Below are positions 13,828-27,430 of a DNA stretch of 64,000 nt, one piece after another; position 1 is the first letter of the stretch, and the number at the start of each line of letters is the position of its first letter. Source of the DNA: Tubulanus polymorphus (lineage: Eukaryota > Animalia > Nemertea); assembly GCF_964204645.1 (NCBI RefSeq), contig NC_134026.1:29484150-29548149 (forward strand), in the 5' to 3' direction. Below the pieces are notes generated by a model. The model made no database searches and was not told the DNA's origin. It saw nothing but the letters and a program-made list of their open reading frames with translations. Made by a program: the position numbers and the translations under genes.

Positions 13828-14040
13828 AAACTACTATCTACAAATTTACAATATTTACAAGAAAGTTAAAAAGAGGAATAAAAACTACTATTTACAAATT
13901 TACAATATTTACAAGAGAAATAAAAACTAATATTTACAAATTTACAATATTTACAAGAGAAATGAAAACTACTATTTACAAATTAACAATATTTACAAGA
14001 GAAATAAAAACTACTATTTACAAATTTACAATATTTACAA
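13828..14040. repeat. 42-bp AT-rich minisatellite, about 5 copies
   Basis: AAAAACTACTATTTACAAATTTACAATATTTACAAGAGAAAT. Confidence 0.9.
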
Positions 14041-14380
14041 GATAGAGAGAAAGAGAGAGAAAGAGAGAGATAGGAGAGTGAGGAGAGAGAGAGGAGGGAG
14101 AGAGGAGGAAGGATGAAGGAGAGGGGTGAGAGGAAGAAAGGAGAGAGAGGAGAGAGTTAGTGGGTTAGAGAAAGAGGAAGAGAAAGTTAGTGGGTTAGAG
14201 AAAGAGGGAGAGAGTTAGTGGGTTAGAGAAAGAGGAAGAGAGTTAGTGGGTTAGAGAAAGAGAGGGAAAGGATAGAGAGAGTGAAAGGATAGAGACAGAG
14301 AGGGAAAGGATAGAGACAGAGAGTGAAAGGATAGAGACAGGGAGGGAAAGAATAGAGAAAGGTAGAAAAAGAAGGGGTGA
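14041..14380. repeat. Polypurine (GA-rich) low-complexity tract
   Basis: Almost only G/A on the + strand, with GTTAGTGGGTTAGAG sub-repeats. Confidence 0.9.
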
Positions 14381-15435
14381 TAAAAACGATAAAACATATG
14401 GATAAAAACAATAAAACATATGGGTAAAAACAATAAAAAAATGGTTAAAAAGAGGCAGTTTAACGTCGTACCACAGGACAAATAGATAAAAATCACTGAT
14501 AAAATGTATGGATAAAACGTATTGTTTAAAAGAGGCAGTTTAAAGTCGTACCACAGGACAACTTAAAAATAGAGGGACACTAGCAATACTACTTATATGT
14601 TAGGTTTTTCAGACAATTCTATATAATTATATACCTGTTGGCCTAATTATTTCAACCTCTGCACTACCAAATATCAATTCGACAATAAGTCATCCTTAAA
14701 AACGTTTGTATGAAATATAACCAACAAAACAGAACGTAGCATTGAATTAATATTATTATTATCAGAAGCTGTAAATCTGAAATCAACCATCAGCCATAAA
14801 TAAGGAGGCAGGACTAATGCAATGAAATAATATCAATGCTCCAAACTTATAGGTTAAAATGTCGTTAAAACAATAGATCAGTATCAATATCAGTATCAAA
14901 CTAAGATTGAATGGATTCATTCTGTTGTTCTGAATATTAAAATTATTCAATAGAATTAAAAATATTAATTATCAATTAAATCTATATCAAAATAGTTTGA
15001 TTTGATGTATAGGTATTATGAAGTTTAGAAAATTAAAAAGTTTTAAGATAATATTTGAAATGTTTAAATAATCATTAAAATCTTAAGTTAAAAAGATATC
15101 TAAAAATATTTAAAGTAGAAATCAAAATCATTAAAAACATCAAAAAAGAAATATAATATATATAAATAAAAAGCTATTTATATATTTACAATTTGTACAA
15201 GTACTGATAAAATGTGTCGATCAATTTGATGAAATACTTTGTCAATCATAATCGGAACCCAAGTGATTTCGGAATGGAATAACTGGGCCAGGCCAATCAC
15301 TCACTCGATGATCATCAATTACTGGTACTACACAACCACAGAAAGAGTGGTTTTTACCGCGCGGTATATTAGGCCAGGTGCACCTCACAATAATAATGCC
15401 GCCTATTATATTGGGCTTTTGTGTGTTGATATGTA

Positions 15436-15778
15436 CATCCTCAATCACCAGGGTTTTATTGCAGCCCACCGGCACTCACGCTTACATAAACCCTGGTCAC
15501 AAACCCTACATTGGTCTCTTACATTGTCCAAGATATCTCAGGTCGACAGGTTGCTGCTAAGCGGCCACCAGTCTTTTTATCTAGTCAATCAGATGTGTAG
15601 CGAATCTGCCGGCGAAACATAACGCATCTGATTGACTAGGACTAGTGGCTGCTCAGTGGTAACCTGTCGACCCAAGCAATCTTGAGCAACGTAAAGAGAC
15701 CAATGAAGAGTTGGCAGCCAGGGTTTATGTTGGCATGAGCTTCGGCAGACGAAAATTAAAACCTGGCAAGTGAGGATG
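15436..15778. mobile_element. 343-bp imperfect palindromic (fold-back) element with CATCCTC...GAGGATG ends
   Basis: Left CATCCTCAATCACCAGGG, right CCTGGCAAGTGAGGATG; arms are complementary throughout (e.g. CTAGTCAATCAGATG / CATCTGATTGACTAG); ends match the 51-bp repeat family. Confidence 0.8.
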
Positions 15779-16774
15779 ATATTGATATATATTGAATGAA
15801 AAAGCTGCATGTAAATATGAAATGTGTACGAGAACCTTGAAAGCAGTGAAAAAAAGAGAAAAACTAGAGGTGCACGGACACCTTGCCCACTCGGTGAAAT
15901 TGCTTGACAATCTGACCATTTCAATATTTAATGCCCCTGGTAAACATAACAAAAACCAATGCTAAAAATTTGCAATTGATTGCATTAAAATGCATAGGCA
16001 CCAAAACTAATGAGAAATATTGTCTATAATTCAAATCCCCTGATGAAGATGAAGAACAGAAAATGCCTGATTCCATGTAAGTGGTGTCCTATAACAATGG
16101 CTTACGATTATCAAATGTCAACAACCCAATAATTTTAATCATGATGGGCCCTGGGGGCATACATATCCATATTTAACATCAATTGTTGAAGACATCTTCA
16201 AAACTTCCCTTGAAAACACTTCAAAACTGTAAAAGTGCTCATTTTGGCCAATGAAAATGACCACCAGTCAGCTATCTTGATTCTCTGTCAGTTTTTGGGC
16301 TGCAGATTAATCTAGGGTAGATATGTGCATAAACCAAATCTCAAGACAATCCATTGAAAAGTTTTCAAAACAGAAAAATGACGGATGAAAAGTGAACACA
16401 CTTAGGTCCCAAGTGTTGGAAAAGAATTAGAATCTAGAAAAATCCAAAAATGAAAAGCCTAAACACTGAAAAACGAAAAGTTCCCTAACAGTAAACCTAA
16501 GAAATAGTAAAATATATTGATTTAAAATTCTATTGTTTAACTCAATAACAATCTTATTTTAGTATCAAAACCCTAGATCCTTAATTAAGATAACGTTAAA
16601 AAGATTATGGTTCAATGACCTGAGAGTAATTCTATTATTAATTAATCTAATTAACTGCAAGTTCATCGAACAATAAAAATTAAATCATCTATTCTATAAC
16701 TTCTGATGTAATTATCAATAACAAGAAAACAAGGGAGTAATCAAAACTGCTGTTAACACTAAAATATGTTCAAT

Positions 16775-17190
16775 GAACTGAGAGTAATTTCATCAATGAT
16801 GAATTTACCCTCAGTTCATTCATTGTTTTAATGATGATCCTGAGAGTAATTTCATCAATGATGAATTTACCCTCAGTTCATTCATTGTTTTAATGATGAT
16901 CCTGAAAGTAATTTCATCAATGATGAATTTACCCTCAGTTCATTCATTGTTTTAACAATGATCCTGAGAGTAATTTCAACAATGATGAATTTACCCTCAG
17001 TTCATTCATTCTTTAATGATGATCCTGAAAGTAATTTCATCAATGATGAATTTACCCTCAGTTCATTCATTGTTTTAACAATGATCATGAGAGTAATTTC
17101 AACAATGATGAATTTACCCTCAGTTCATTCATTGTTTTAATGATGATCCTGAGAGTAATTTCATCAACGATGAATTTACCCTCAGTTCAT
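16775..17190. repeat. 62-63-bp tandem repeat, about 6.5 copies
   Basis: CTGAGAGTAATTTCATCAATGATGAATTTACCCTCAGTTCATTCATTGTTTTAATGATGATC. Confidence 0.93.
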
Positions 17191-17561
17191 CACATTCTAA
17201 GATGTTACTATTTTATTCAGTGAAAATCTCTGAACTGCATAAAATTAAAGATCTTAAATGGGATTATTGATTATTGATATACCCGAGTGTAACTTATCAT
17301 AAGATAAATTGACCCTCAGTTTATCAGAGGTTTATATGTACTTTAAGTTAACAGCAATAGTTACAACTTAATCAACTTGACCTAAACGAACTTAAACTTA
17401 AACTAAAATAGACTTAAATCAACTAATCTAAACTAAGGCTAACTTGAAACACACTAGTGATTAATCATAAACGTCATGCTCACAATTTTACAAATCCCAC
17501 TTCAACAGTTGTGCAATTGTATGTATTTAAATTCTAGTATCCAAATCAAACTGTGGAACTG

Positions 17562-18070
17562 AGTACGGTATTGAACGGAACGAAATAAATAAGACAAAAA
17601 AATCCGAGTGTATTTTCTATATGATGTTTTCAGCGAAATATTTTGTTATGATGACATAAAATTTGCGTTGATTTATATCATTTCCAAAAATACCGTAGAT
17701 TATCATTACGTTCAAAACAAGTTTTGAAAAAGCTGAGTTGACGTCCAATAAAAATAATAACATGACCGCCAGCCTTTAGGCTAGAGGGAAATCTAATTCA
17801 AAGATAGTATTGGACTTTACTACTAATTGTATATTGTGCAGAAAAATAAAGTTTGTTGTTACTGTTTGTACTACAAGTGGTTGTTTTATTATGTCTATCT
17901 GATGTCATTGAACTAATAATCTGACACGCCACCTAGTAGTGATTCTCTGAATCTACGCTTCAATAATCTACGTCAATTTCATACGTCGAGACGCTGAAAA
18001 TATCATATGAAAAATACCCTTGGACTGTTTGTTTTATTTATCACGTTCCATGACAGTGAAACACCGACTG
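17562..18070. mobile_element. Degenerate non-autonomous element with about 60-70-bp imperfect TIRs
   Basis: 17577-17635 (GGAACGAAATAAATAAGACA...GATGTTTTCAGCG) is the reverse complement of 17992-18050 (CGCTGAAAATATCATATG...TTATTTATCACGTTCC). Confidence 0.6.
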
Positions 18071-18444
18071 GAAATGAGTGGATTTTCTGTCATTGGTAGA
18101 AAATTGAAGAAAAGAAAACTATAAGAAAAAAGGCAAAGAAAGTATGAGAAAAAGTTCTCAATCACATTTCACATTTACTAAGCCTATATCAACTACGAGT
18201 AAAAGCTCTTTATGCGTGCACAACATGGGCCTTTTATATAACCACTATTTATATCTGTGTTGTGGACCACGTAATTGTGTCAAAGAGTATTCGGTGATAA
18301 AACCTGGACCTTCAGTTATTCCATTCTCATGAAATCACTGGGGTTCGAATATACACAGTGATAGTCAAATATAAAATATTTCATCAAATTGATCTTTTAG
18401 TAAGTATTAAAATACAAATAAAATATCGTTCTAAATGAATATAA

Positions 18445-18660
18445 ACAATAGTTTTTAAAATATATTCAAATGAAATAGTTTTTAAAATATAAACAAATTA
18501 AATAGTTTTTAAAATATATACAAATGAAATAGTTTTTAAAATATAAACAAATTAAATAGTTTTTAAAATATATACAAATGAAATAGTTTTTAAAATATAC
18601 ACAAATCAAATAGTTTTCAAAATATACACAAATTGAACAGTTTTTAAAATATATACAAAT
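18445..18660. repeat. 27-bp AT-rich minisatellite, about 8 copies
   Basis: AAATAGTTTTTAAAATATATACAAATG. Confidence 0.88.
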
Positions 18661-20789
18661 AAAATAAGATTAAATTAAGATAAAAGTTTTTTGATATCAC
18701 AGGTATTCTAAAATTCAGATATAAAATAGTTACTTTAATATATTAAAATTCAGATAAATAGTTTTCGAAAAAAAAATTCATTAAAATTGAAATAAAATCG
18801 TTTCTAGAATAGTCTTAAGATACGTGTAAAATTGTTTTTAGAATTTTTTCACAATTACTGGTTTAGAAATATCAATGAATTTTTTTCAGACATGAATACT
18901 TCAAAATTCATACAGATGAAATAGTTTTAGATGGATCACCTCGATCGATCATTATAACGAACCAAACCAGAAAAGATCTGTAATCAATCAGCAAAAGAAT
19001 CAAATAATAGTGATAATAATTCATATAAGATATGATTCTGGGCAATAGTAAAAACCAAACCAGGAAAATAATTTATCATATTCCGCAGATATTCAAAAAC
19101 CGCAAATAATTTTGAGAACTGGTATGAAATTTTCGACAAGAAATAGGATAGGAAAAGTTAAAATTTTTGGAAAGTTAAGATTAGGAAAATTTGTATTAAA
19201 TTGGAATTTCAGCACTGAAGGACTCAAAATTTGGGAATTTTGTTCATTCTCGGCAAGTGAAAAACTGGTACCACAAAAATACAACAAACTGTTCGACATG
19301 AGCAGTATGACTGGATCTCAGTCAGTAGAAATCTATTGATGATGCTGGTTTAAGTTTGGATTTTGTGACCTCTTCACAACAATAATTGCAAAGTGGCTGA
19401 GAAACTACAAGTAGCCTCTTTTCATGCAATAAATTAGTAGAATATATCACATACTTTGATACAACTTATGCCGTTTTTGGGGACCAAGGAAGCACCTGAG
19501 AACCTGATCTGATTAACTGCTATATGAATAATCGACCTCTTGGAAACAACTTCATCGTAGATTTCTTAAATCTATTGATAATTCACTCTCAACAGCCTTA
19601 ATCTGATGTGTATTTTGTGCATTGCTCGCCTACATGGAAACAATTCCATGCTCTATCAACCATATTTCAATCGCTAAACACAATTCCTGCAATCTAGATC
19701 CCAATCGAGGGACCAGAAGTTACTTTATCAAAGCGATGTCTATTACTGAGTTGCTCGATTGTTATGTACTTAACAATTTTCCTTTTAGACCATCTCCTCT
19801 ATCATATCTCCTTAAACTCCTCTCTCTCTCCATAAACTCCTCTATCATATCTCCATAAACTCCTCTATCATATCTCCATAAACTCTCATATTCCCTGAAC
19901 CTCCTCTCTCATACCTCCCTGGACCTCCTCTCTCATACCTCCCTGAACCTGCTCTCTCATATGCCTTATTGATTTCAACAAGAGATGCAGATTAATCTAA
20001 CAAGAATCTTAAACTCAAATCTTCATCCTGGTGATTGTTAGGATAAGTAGAGATCAATATCAATCAATAAAACCTGATCACTGAAGTGATTACGACTAAT
20101 TCTCTAATCCAAGATCTTTATTTTATTCTTTTTTTATCTAAGATGCTTTATCATTGCATTTTTGCAGATTTTTGCATGTTCAATTAAGAACTCGTAAATT
20201 CATGCATAGATCACTGATCCAGTGAACTTTCACACCCAAGAAATGTAATGAAATTGATTACCATAGTCTTTGCTGTGGTTTCCTTTCTTGTGCAATTTTC
20301 AATCCAGGCAATCTCACGTATATAGATATATATTCCTTTTCCTTATGAGTAAACATTTTAAATCCTTTCGATCACGTGTGAAGGATTTCCCTCCGTTGTT
20401 GAGCATTAGATATTAACATTTCAATCATTCAAGGTTTCGCATCATATTAAATTAATCTTTAATTCTGTAATTAGAAAAACAAGTATGTTAATAACGATAT
20501 AATGGTTTTGCACTTGACGTATAAACGTCATAGTATTGGGGGAGGGGGCAACATGGAACATTGAACAATCCGTTTCAATGTAGTTTCCTAAGGAATCGCA
20601 TTATGTGAAACATAGCTGTTCCTTCTCCATGTTATTTTCAGCTTCATAAGGAAACGCATTATGTGTGAAACATAGTTATTCCTTCTCCATGTTCCAAGTT
20701 TGATAAGGAATCACATTATGTGAATCATAGCTGTTCTTTTTGATTTGAAAAATCTACATTTTTCTAACTCCATAGGACTTATTGTAGGA

Positions 20790-21640
20790 ATTGATTCCCT
20801 GCATATCCCGAAAGACATTTCAAAAGGCTGACCATGGCATTAGAATTGATGACTCCTAAGAAGGCTACTGCCACAATTAGGTGGTATGGATGGCTACTGC
20901 TGCAAAGTAGTGGCAAGGATGGTAAATGCTTCAGCATCATGAGAAGCAAAATCAACCTTAATGATTAAGGTACTGTAATGGAAGTAGTAGCAAGGATGGT
21001 AAATGCTTCAGCATCATGAGAAGCAAAATCAACCTTAATGATTAAGGTACTGTAATGGAAGTAGTAGCAAGGATGGTAAATGCTTCAGCATCGTGAGAAG
21101 CAAAATGAACCTTAATTAAAAAGGTGTTGCAATGGAATGCGTGGCAAGAGTGGTAAATGCTTCAGCATCGTGGGAAGCAAAATGAACCTTAATGAATAAG
21201 GTGTTGTAGTAGCAAGGATGGTCTATATCCCAAAAGACATTTGAAAAGGCTTATCATAGCATTAGAATTGATGATCCCTAAGAAGGCTACTGCCACAATC
21301 AGGTGGTATGGATAATTACTGATGCAAAGTAGTAGCAAGGATGGTCTATATCCCAAAAGACATTTGAAAAGGCTGACCGTAGCATTAGAATTGATGACTC
21401 CTAAGAAGGCTACTGCCACAATCAGGTGGTATAGATAATTACTGATGCAAAGTAGTAGCAAGGATGGTCTATATCCCAAAAGACATTTGAAAAGGCTGAC
21501 CATAGCATTAGAACTGATGCCTTAACTGATGATAACTCCTTAGAAGGCTACTGCCACAATTAGGTGGTATGGATAATTACTGATGCGAAGTAGTAGCAAG
21601 GATGGTAAATGCTTCAGCATCATGAGAACGAAAATGAAAC
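20790..21640. repeat. Interleaved 78-bp and 123-bp tandem repeats sharing a GTAGCAAGGATGGT junction
   Basis: 78-bp period near 20910-21200; 123-bp period at 21211, 21334, 21457. Confidence 0.85.
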
Positions 21641-22092
21641 GGGTATTGTAATGAAATGGTGTGGAACACAGTGGGACGTACAGTCAAATAAAATGGTAAA
21701 AATAAATAAATAAATGATTTAAAATATAAATGAATGATGAGATGGATAAATATCTAATTTTATCCAAAGAAATAAATAAATTGATGAAATGATAAATGAC
21801 TTTTTTTTCATTTTCAGTTTTTAATTATTTTTTTGGAGATTAACCGTAAAACTCCATAAAATCCATATTTACATGTCTGGTTTTTATTTTTTCATTATTT
21901 TTTTTTCAAATAAAAATAAGGAAGGACTGCACGCCCACTGGTTCAAGGAGTGTTGACAGATATTTAACACTGCGCAACCTGCAGATCGACGAAGGAGGAA
22001 GGGAAAACTGAGTTTCAAGAAGTGCCGATCTGCAGACGTGCTGGGCTGATGTTGTTGCCCGGGTGATGGCGAGTGAAGGGGCTGATATTATA

Positions 22093-22865
22093 CTATTGTG
22101 TTCGCCGACGTTTAACCATTTGAAATTTACCTTTAAATGCCCCTTCAACATCGCGGAGCATTCTTATTGGATCTTTAAAATCGATGTTACGAGACCAACC
22201 AGGGCCGCGCGCGATAAGCTCGACAGCGGGGGAAGGTGGTGCCCCCGCTGGAGCGCCCGATGTCGAAGCCTGGGCGGGCGTTACAAAAATATCATTATCA
22301 TCATCTTCTTCTTCATCTTCTTCAAGTGCTCTTTTTTTAGTTTGTCTTTTCTTACTCTTAGTCTTAGATGGCGGTGGTGGAGGTGGTGGAGGTGTTGCGT
22401 GAAGTGGTGGAGGTGTTGCGGGCCCTGGTGGTGGTGGTGTTTGCGCTCCAGGATTGGCGAGATCCTCATCACTGCTCTCCTCTTCAAAGTTGAGCTGTTT
22501 CGGTGGAAGAGGATGAGCGGCACGCTTGCCTTTCTTTTTTGTTTTCGGACGCCCCGTACCTATTGCGTAATTTATATCTTTTGTCTTTCGACGGGGCGAC
22601 CGACGCAGTGAAGGCGTCTGAAGCTGTGGCGCCTCTGTCGGGGTCACCACTGCAGGGGCGACCTCCTGCTCCACATTTACGGGAGAAGCAGGGTCCACCT
22701 CCTGCAAAGGAACCAACTCAAATGGTGGAATTATTTTAGGAGGAGTTGGCTCCTTAGGCCCGCAGATATTAGTAACGCACCTTTTGTAAACGTTTTTCAA
22801 TCCCGGAAGTGCTCTGCGGGCTGCTTCAGACTGATCTTTTATTATATTTTGAATTATATCCAAAT
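22093..22865 (-). CDS. Terminal coding exon of an orphan Pro-rich, basic and acidic protein (probably nuclear and largely disordered)
   Basis: GC-rich 256-codon open frame in an AT-rich background; strong acceptor (T12)CATTCCAG immediately upstream, phase 1; contains LRRSPRRKTKDINY, poly-Pro, KSKKRQTKKR and EEDEEEDDD; the 'M' in the ORF track is a TTG. Confidence 0.6.
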
Positions 22866-25800
22866 CTGGAATGAAAAAAAAAAAACATTAAGGATCATGC
22901 ATATTACACATAAATGACATGTTCGCATATAATTATCATATTTGTAAATAGTTACCTATAAAATAATGCAGTTATCCAATAGGTGAATGTGATGTGATGG
23001 AAAAAACGAAGAGTTGGGTAAGAAGGGTCATTTGAACGTTTGGAAGCGATTGTAAGCTTATTTTGCGAGAAGTGATCATGTCACTGGTTGTACAATACGG
23101 TTGTACAACTAACTCTGTTGTAACTACACTTTTAACCCCTTTTATGATTTGCATCATCCATTACATAATAACGATTAGTCGACAGTATATTATCAATGAG
23201 GCTGATGATTGAATCTTTCAATTCACATTTTATAAATGTCTTATATACTTACATATTTCAGAACCAACCCTGTACGTGGACGGGTACACTTTTGTTAATC
23301 CATTAATGGAACTACTGATTGTAATAAATTACATCCTACCATTACCTTGACAATCAATTTTGGTAGCAAATCATGAATCAAAAATACACTTGATTTTTTT
23401 TCTGGGGTGATGATGTACCAGGTTCCAGGTGACAAAAACTATACATTATAATGAATGGAATTGTTACCCATGACCCTGGTTTCAAAATCTGGGAACCCCT
23501 TTGGAATAACACGCATGATAACTTTTCATTTATCAACCAATTGAAGTGGAAACTTTGCAACGATAAAAGATCTAATTTAAAACAACAGATGTCGCGCTGT
23601 ATCAACAAAAAATTAATTGATAATTCCTTTTATTCAGTAATTACTTTTCAAATGGACGAGTGAAAAATGAGTCCAAACTTCAGAAATGTATTCAATTATT
23701 TTGTAGAACACTTTTTTATTGTATACAGGGCCACACTCCATCCACGGTAAGTGGGAGAACTTGCATTTCATTTCCTCTGAACATGAGGCAAGTGTGTACA
23801 TATTATATTTTCTTCTGAATTTTCTCAAAAATGAAGATAAAAATATGACTGATTTTTTTTAAATTTTATTGTTTAAACTATTTACAGCATGAATTAAAAC
23901 AGAAAAACGACACAAATAATTTCACTTCGCTGAATCTAAAACCAGTAAAAACCATTTCACACAACACTGCCCACTACTGCACCTTCAGAAACAACACTCG
24001 CTACAAATAAAATACATTCATTTTGAAGAACAATATTTCACTATCAACATAAATGGCTGTAATTCATTTTTCCCAATCGAATATTCATTGTCAGCAATAG
24101 GCCTATTGGTACTCCACATATTCATTACATAACTCACCTAGAATGTATAATTCATCGTACAGCAGCCATTCATTTATTCAGATCAACAAAATTCCATGCA
24201 CAGCCATTTCAGCTGATATTCATCATACAGTAGCCTCCGCCTAAACTGCTACAGTTTGGCACCTTCTATTTTTTGACGCCTTATAAAACGTTACCATTAT
24301 GAAACCTAAACAATGCTAACCATTCAGCGTCATTTTACAAACGACAACCGTAAATCGATGTGCAAAACGTCACAGGTTTATGTGTACACATACAAGCTAT
24401 TTGGCAAAATATTATTGATAAAGATGTAGAATGGCTCCCTGTGATTATATAATGACCTCTATTTGAACGTCGGAATGTTATATTGCATTGAATATCATGA
24501 GAAGACGTATTGTAATAGTAAATGATGCATGATTATATCAGGAGCGGCAGGCTTGAATAGAAATGATAAGTAAATCGGATTATTCGGTTAAATGGCGGAT
24601 GTATACACGATTTGGAAGTCTGATATAAAAGTCAGACCCTGTCATGGGGATGCTAGTGGAATGACGAAGCTATCTACGATCTGAGTAGGGCCGGCGTGAA
24701 TTTCATCGGCGGCTACAGCGGTCTATATAAAAACGTGTAAACATATAATTTCAATATTCAGATGTTTTAGAAAATATGTTCGATATTAGGGGTATGCAGG
24801 TTTCATGAGATTAGCAATTTATAATAGCATAGCTGTCATATACGGCTCCGCGTCCACTGATGGCATGTGTATAAGGTGACAATTCAATTCAATACTTTAT
24901 TGATCCTTATTACATTGAAATTCCGGGATAAAATTCCCAAATTCAATAAAGTTACAAATTTTAAACTAAGAAAATACAAAATACAAGATACATGGGTAAT
25001 TCATACAGAATAACATGAATAAGTTATTTAAATGACAATGTCTACTTCAACCCAGACTCAAGTCTAGGATATCGAGTGACAGCCAAACCGGGCCCCGGGA
25101 CCGGGCCGGCTGGCTACACGATATGCTCGAAGTCATGATGAAGCAGACATCAGAAGAGCTCTTTCTTCAACCATGGAGGCAATGAAGTTGCAGACCAGCT
25201 TAGAGGCAAAAGTCAATCGAAGTCGGTCACAAGTTGACAATTGTTTTTTAAATTAGACCAGTCGAAGACTGTATCATCTACCCAATCGCCAAATCTCATA
25301 ATTCCCCAAATTTCTTAAAACTTCGATTTCAAATTTGCAATTCCACATTAGCTTATCCCAGAAATTCTACATTTTTTCGCAGGCGTCAAATAATTTATTA
25401 AAGTTAATTTTCTTGTTTACCTTATTAGGCACCGGTTTTTAAGAATTGCAAAAATCAATTGATTAAAAGATTTATTGAGCCAAATAGCGGTCAAAATTAT
25501 CAAGTTCTTTGTATTCTAAACAAATCTGACCATGTAGTGAATCCCCAAATTTCTTCTATAACTCTTTCAGAGCCCAGTCCACTTTCGTCTACAGATTATT
25601 TCAGGTCGTACTGCGCCCTGTCGACTTTCGTCGACATTTCTTATAGCAGTTTTATTTTTAGTTTTTCGCATAGAATTCAGCAGAGAACCTGCGGCTAGAC
25701 GGCTTGATTAAATGGCAGCGCCCGTTAGTTTGTTTTTATGCTGCGTTTTTGTGGTGTTGCTATTCAAAATCATTGAGTTTTTTTGCGTTTGAAAGGTCAC

Positions 25801-26149
25801 GTGATTTAATTATTAGCTCATTTTCTAATTATAATTACCCATATAATTTATATTTCTGACCGTAGACATTGAATATTCCAATGTCAGCTGTTAGCTGAGG
25901 CTAGATTCCCGATTTGTTCATTTTGATACATGAAATTTAGGGGGTTATCAAATAAAAAAGTCACCGATTATAGGACGTCACTTAGCTTATTTGCATAGGA
26001 CGTCACATAAAGATGTTCTTATTGATAGAAGGTTGATAGTACATACACGTATTCTATAATATAGGCGAACAGCCATTATAGTTTACCGGTTTAGCCAGAG
26101 AATAAACAGAAATGAGGTGAACATTTACGGGATATGGGAAGCTTTCTGG

Positions 26150-26415
26150 GAAACCAGGTCATCATGGATTTGAACCCCGTACATTACCATTGCATCCCCG
26201 GCAAGACACTTATCCTCATTTCCTCTCTCCACCCATAAGTAAATGGGTACCTGGCCCGATAGATGACCCCTGAGCGCCTAGCGGCTGTTCGGATGTTGCT
26301 TCTCCCCAGGAGACTATTAAATGGCTGGGGCAATAAAACCGAAAATGTAAAGCGCTCTGAGCAGCAGCTGGATTTAGGGCTATATTAGACACATAATATT
26401 ATTGTTATTATTATC
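26150..26415 (+). mobile_element. Degenerate tRNA-derived SINE with a conserved central (Nin/Deu-like) domain and an L2-type 3' tail
   Basis: B-box remnant GATTTGAACCCC; GGCAAGACACTTA..CTCTCCACCC..AAATGGGTACC core; TGTAAAGCGCTCTGAG followed by a (TAT)n tail. Confidence 0.65.
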
Positions 26416-27379
26416 ATCGAACAGAGCAATATACCATAAAAGGCAAAACATATGTATCGAAAAACAACATTTCATCTTCATTTCATCGAATTGAACAGAT
26501 TATACCAGGTATAGACCGTCTACCAGTTTAAGTGAAGTCTACAGTATCATTAAGGGCAAAAAATCCATCAAAATGCGATACGTTTGAAAATATGTTTTTG
26601 TAATATGAATTTTCACCGAATTTTATTTCGAAAAATTGTGATACACAGTATTTCCTTAGAGTACTGCACATTTCCATATGGTTTTTGCTAAGTAAGTCTA
26701 GTTCATTTCCATTTCATGACAAACAGAAAAAGGACACAAAAAATTTCATTCAAATTTCTTCTGTATTTTCTGTATTTTCATCATCAATCAAAAAACTTAA
26801 ACTTTTACTTTCAGAAACAACTGCCGGGGTAAGATCCATTTCCCTCGACACTGCCCGCTGCTGTACAATCATGCTGTACCTTCAGAAACTACCACTAGGG
26901 GTGCAAACCATTTCGCACGACACTGTCTGTTGCTGTACCTTTAGAAACAACCACCAGGGGTAAAAACCATTTCACACGACTCCGTCCACTGCTGCAACTT
27001 CATACAATCAAATCCATTCACTACAAATTATAATAAGATTTTTGTCTATAAAAATCAAACGTCATTAAACAGCGAACAATAAACGATATTTAGAATTAGG
27101 CCTATATCACATGAATTCATTAAGTATTTCAAATAATCACTACTTACCCTTCAAGTATAGAATCATTCAGTGGAATAATTCACTATAAATACAGCTGCAG
27201 TTGTTTACAGAAAAAACAATATGAAATGTCCTTGTCGAACTTGTAAGGTGTAAAACAGGATAGACCTAGATAAATGTCAGGCCTGGATAACGGTAGAGGA
27301 AATACTTTTTATGGCTGCAAGAAAATAAAAGAATTCTGAAAAATAAAACATTAAGTCAAAGGGTAGGCCTATCTGAAGA

Positions 27380-27430
27380 CATCCTCGCTTGCCAGGGGTC
27401 CGGTATCACTCCCAAACTCGCTTCCACCAG
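27380..27430 (+). repeat. 51-bp dispersed direct repeat, copy 2
   Basis: 2 mismatches to copy 1; followed by CCCCTGGC, which can pair back with GCCAGGGG. Confidence 0.9.

Noticed and set aside
14155-14260. GGGTTAG motifs suggesting telomeric repeats
   Set aside because: Only isolated copies within a GA-rich repeat of about 30 bp, not (TTAGGG)n.
15239-15952. Two similar ORFs on opposite strands (HKPW..LHWSL)
   Set aside because: A by-product of the palindromic element at 15436-15778.
22063-22739. Plus-strand Trp/Arg-rich ORFs
   Set aside because: Antisense shadows of the Pro-rich minus-strand exon.
22972-23830. Short ORFs upstream of the Pro-rich exon
   Set aside because: I could not join them into a stop-free frame or recognise any domain.
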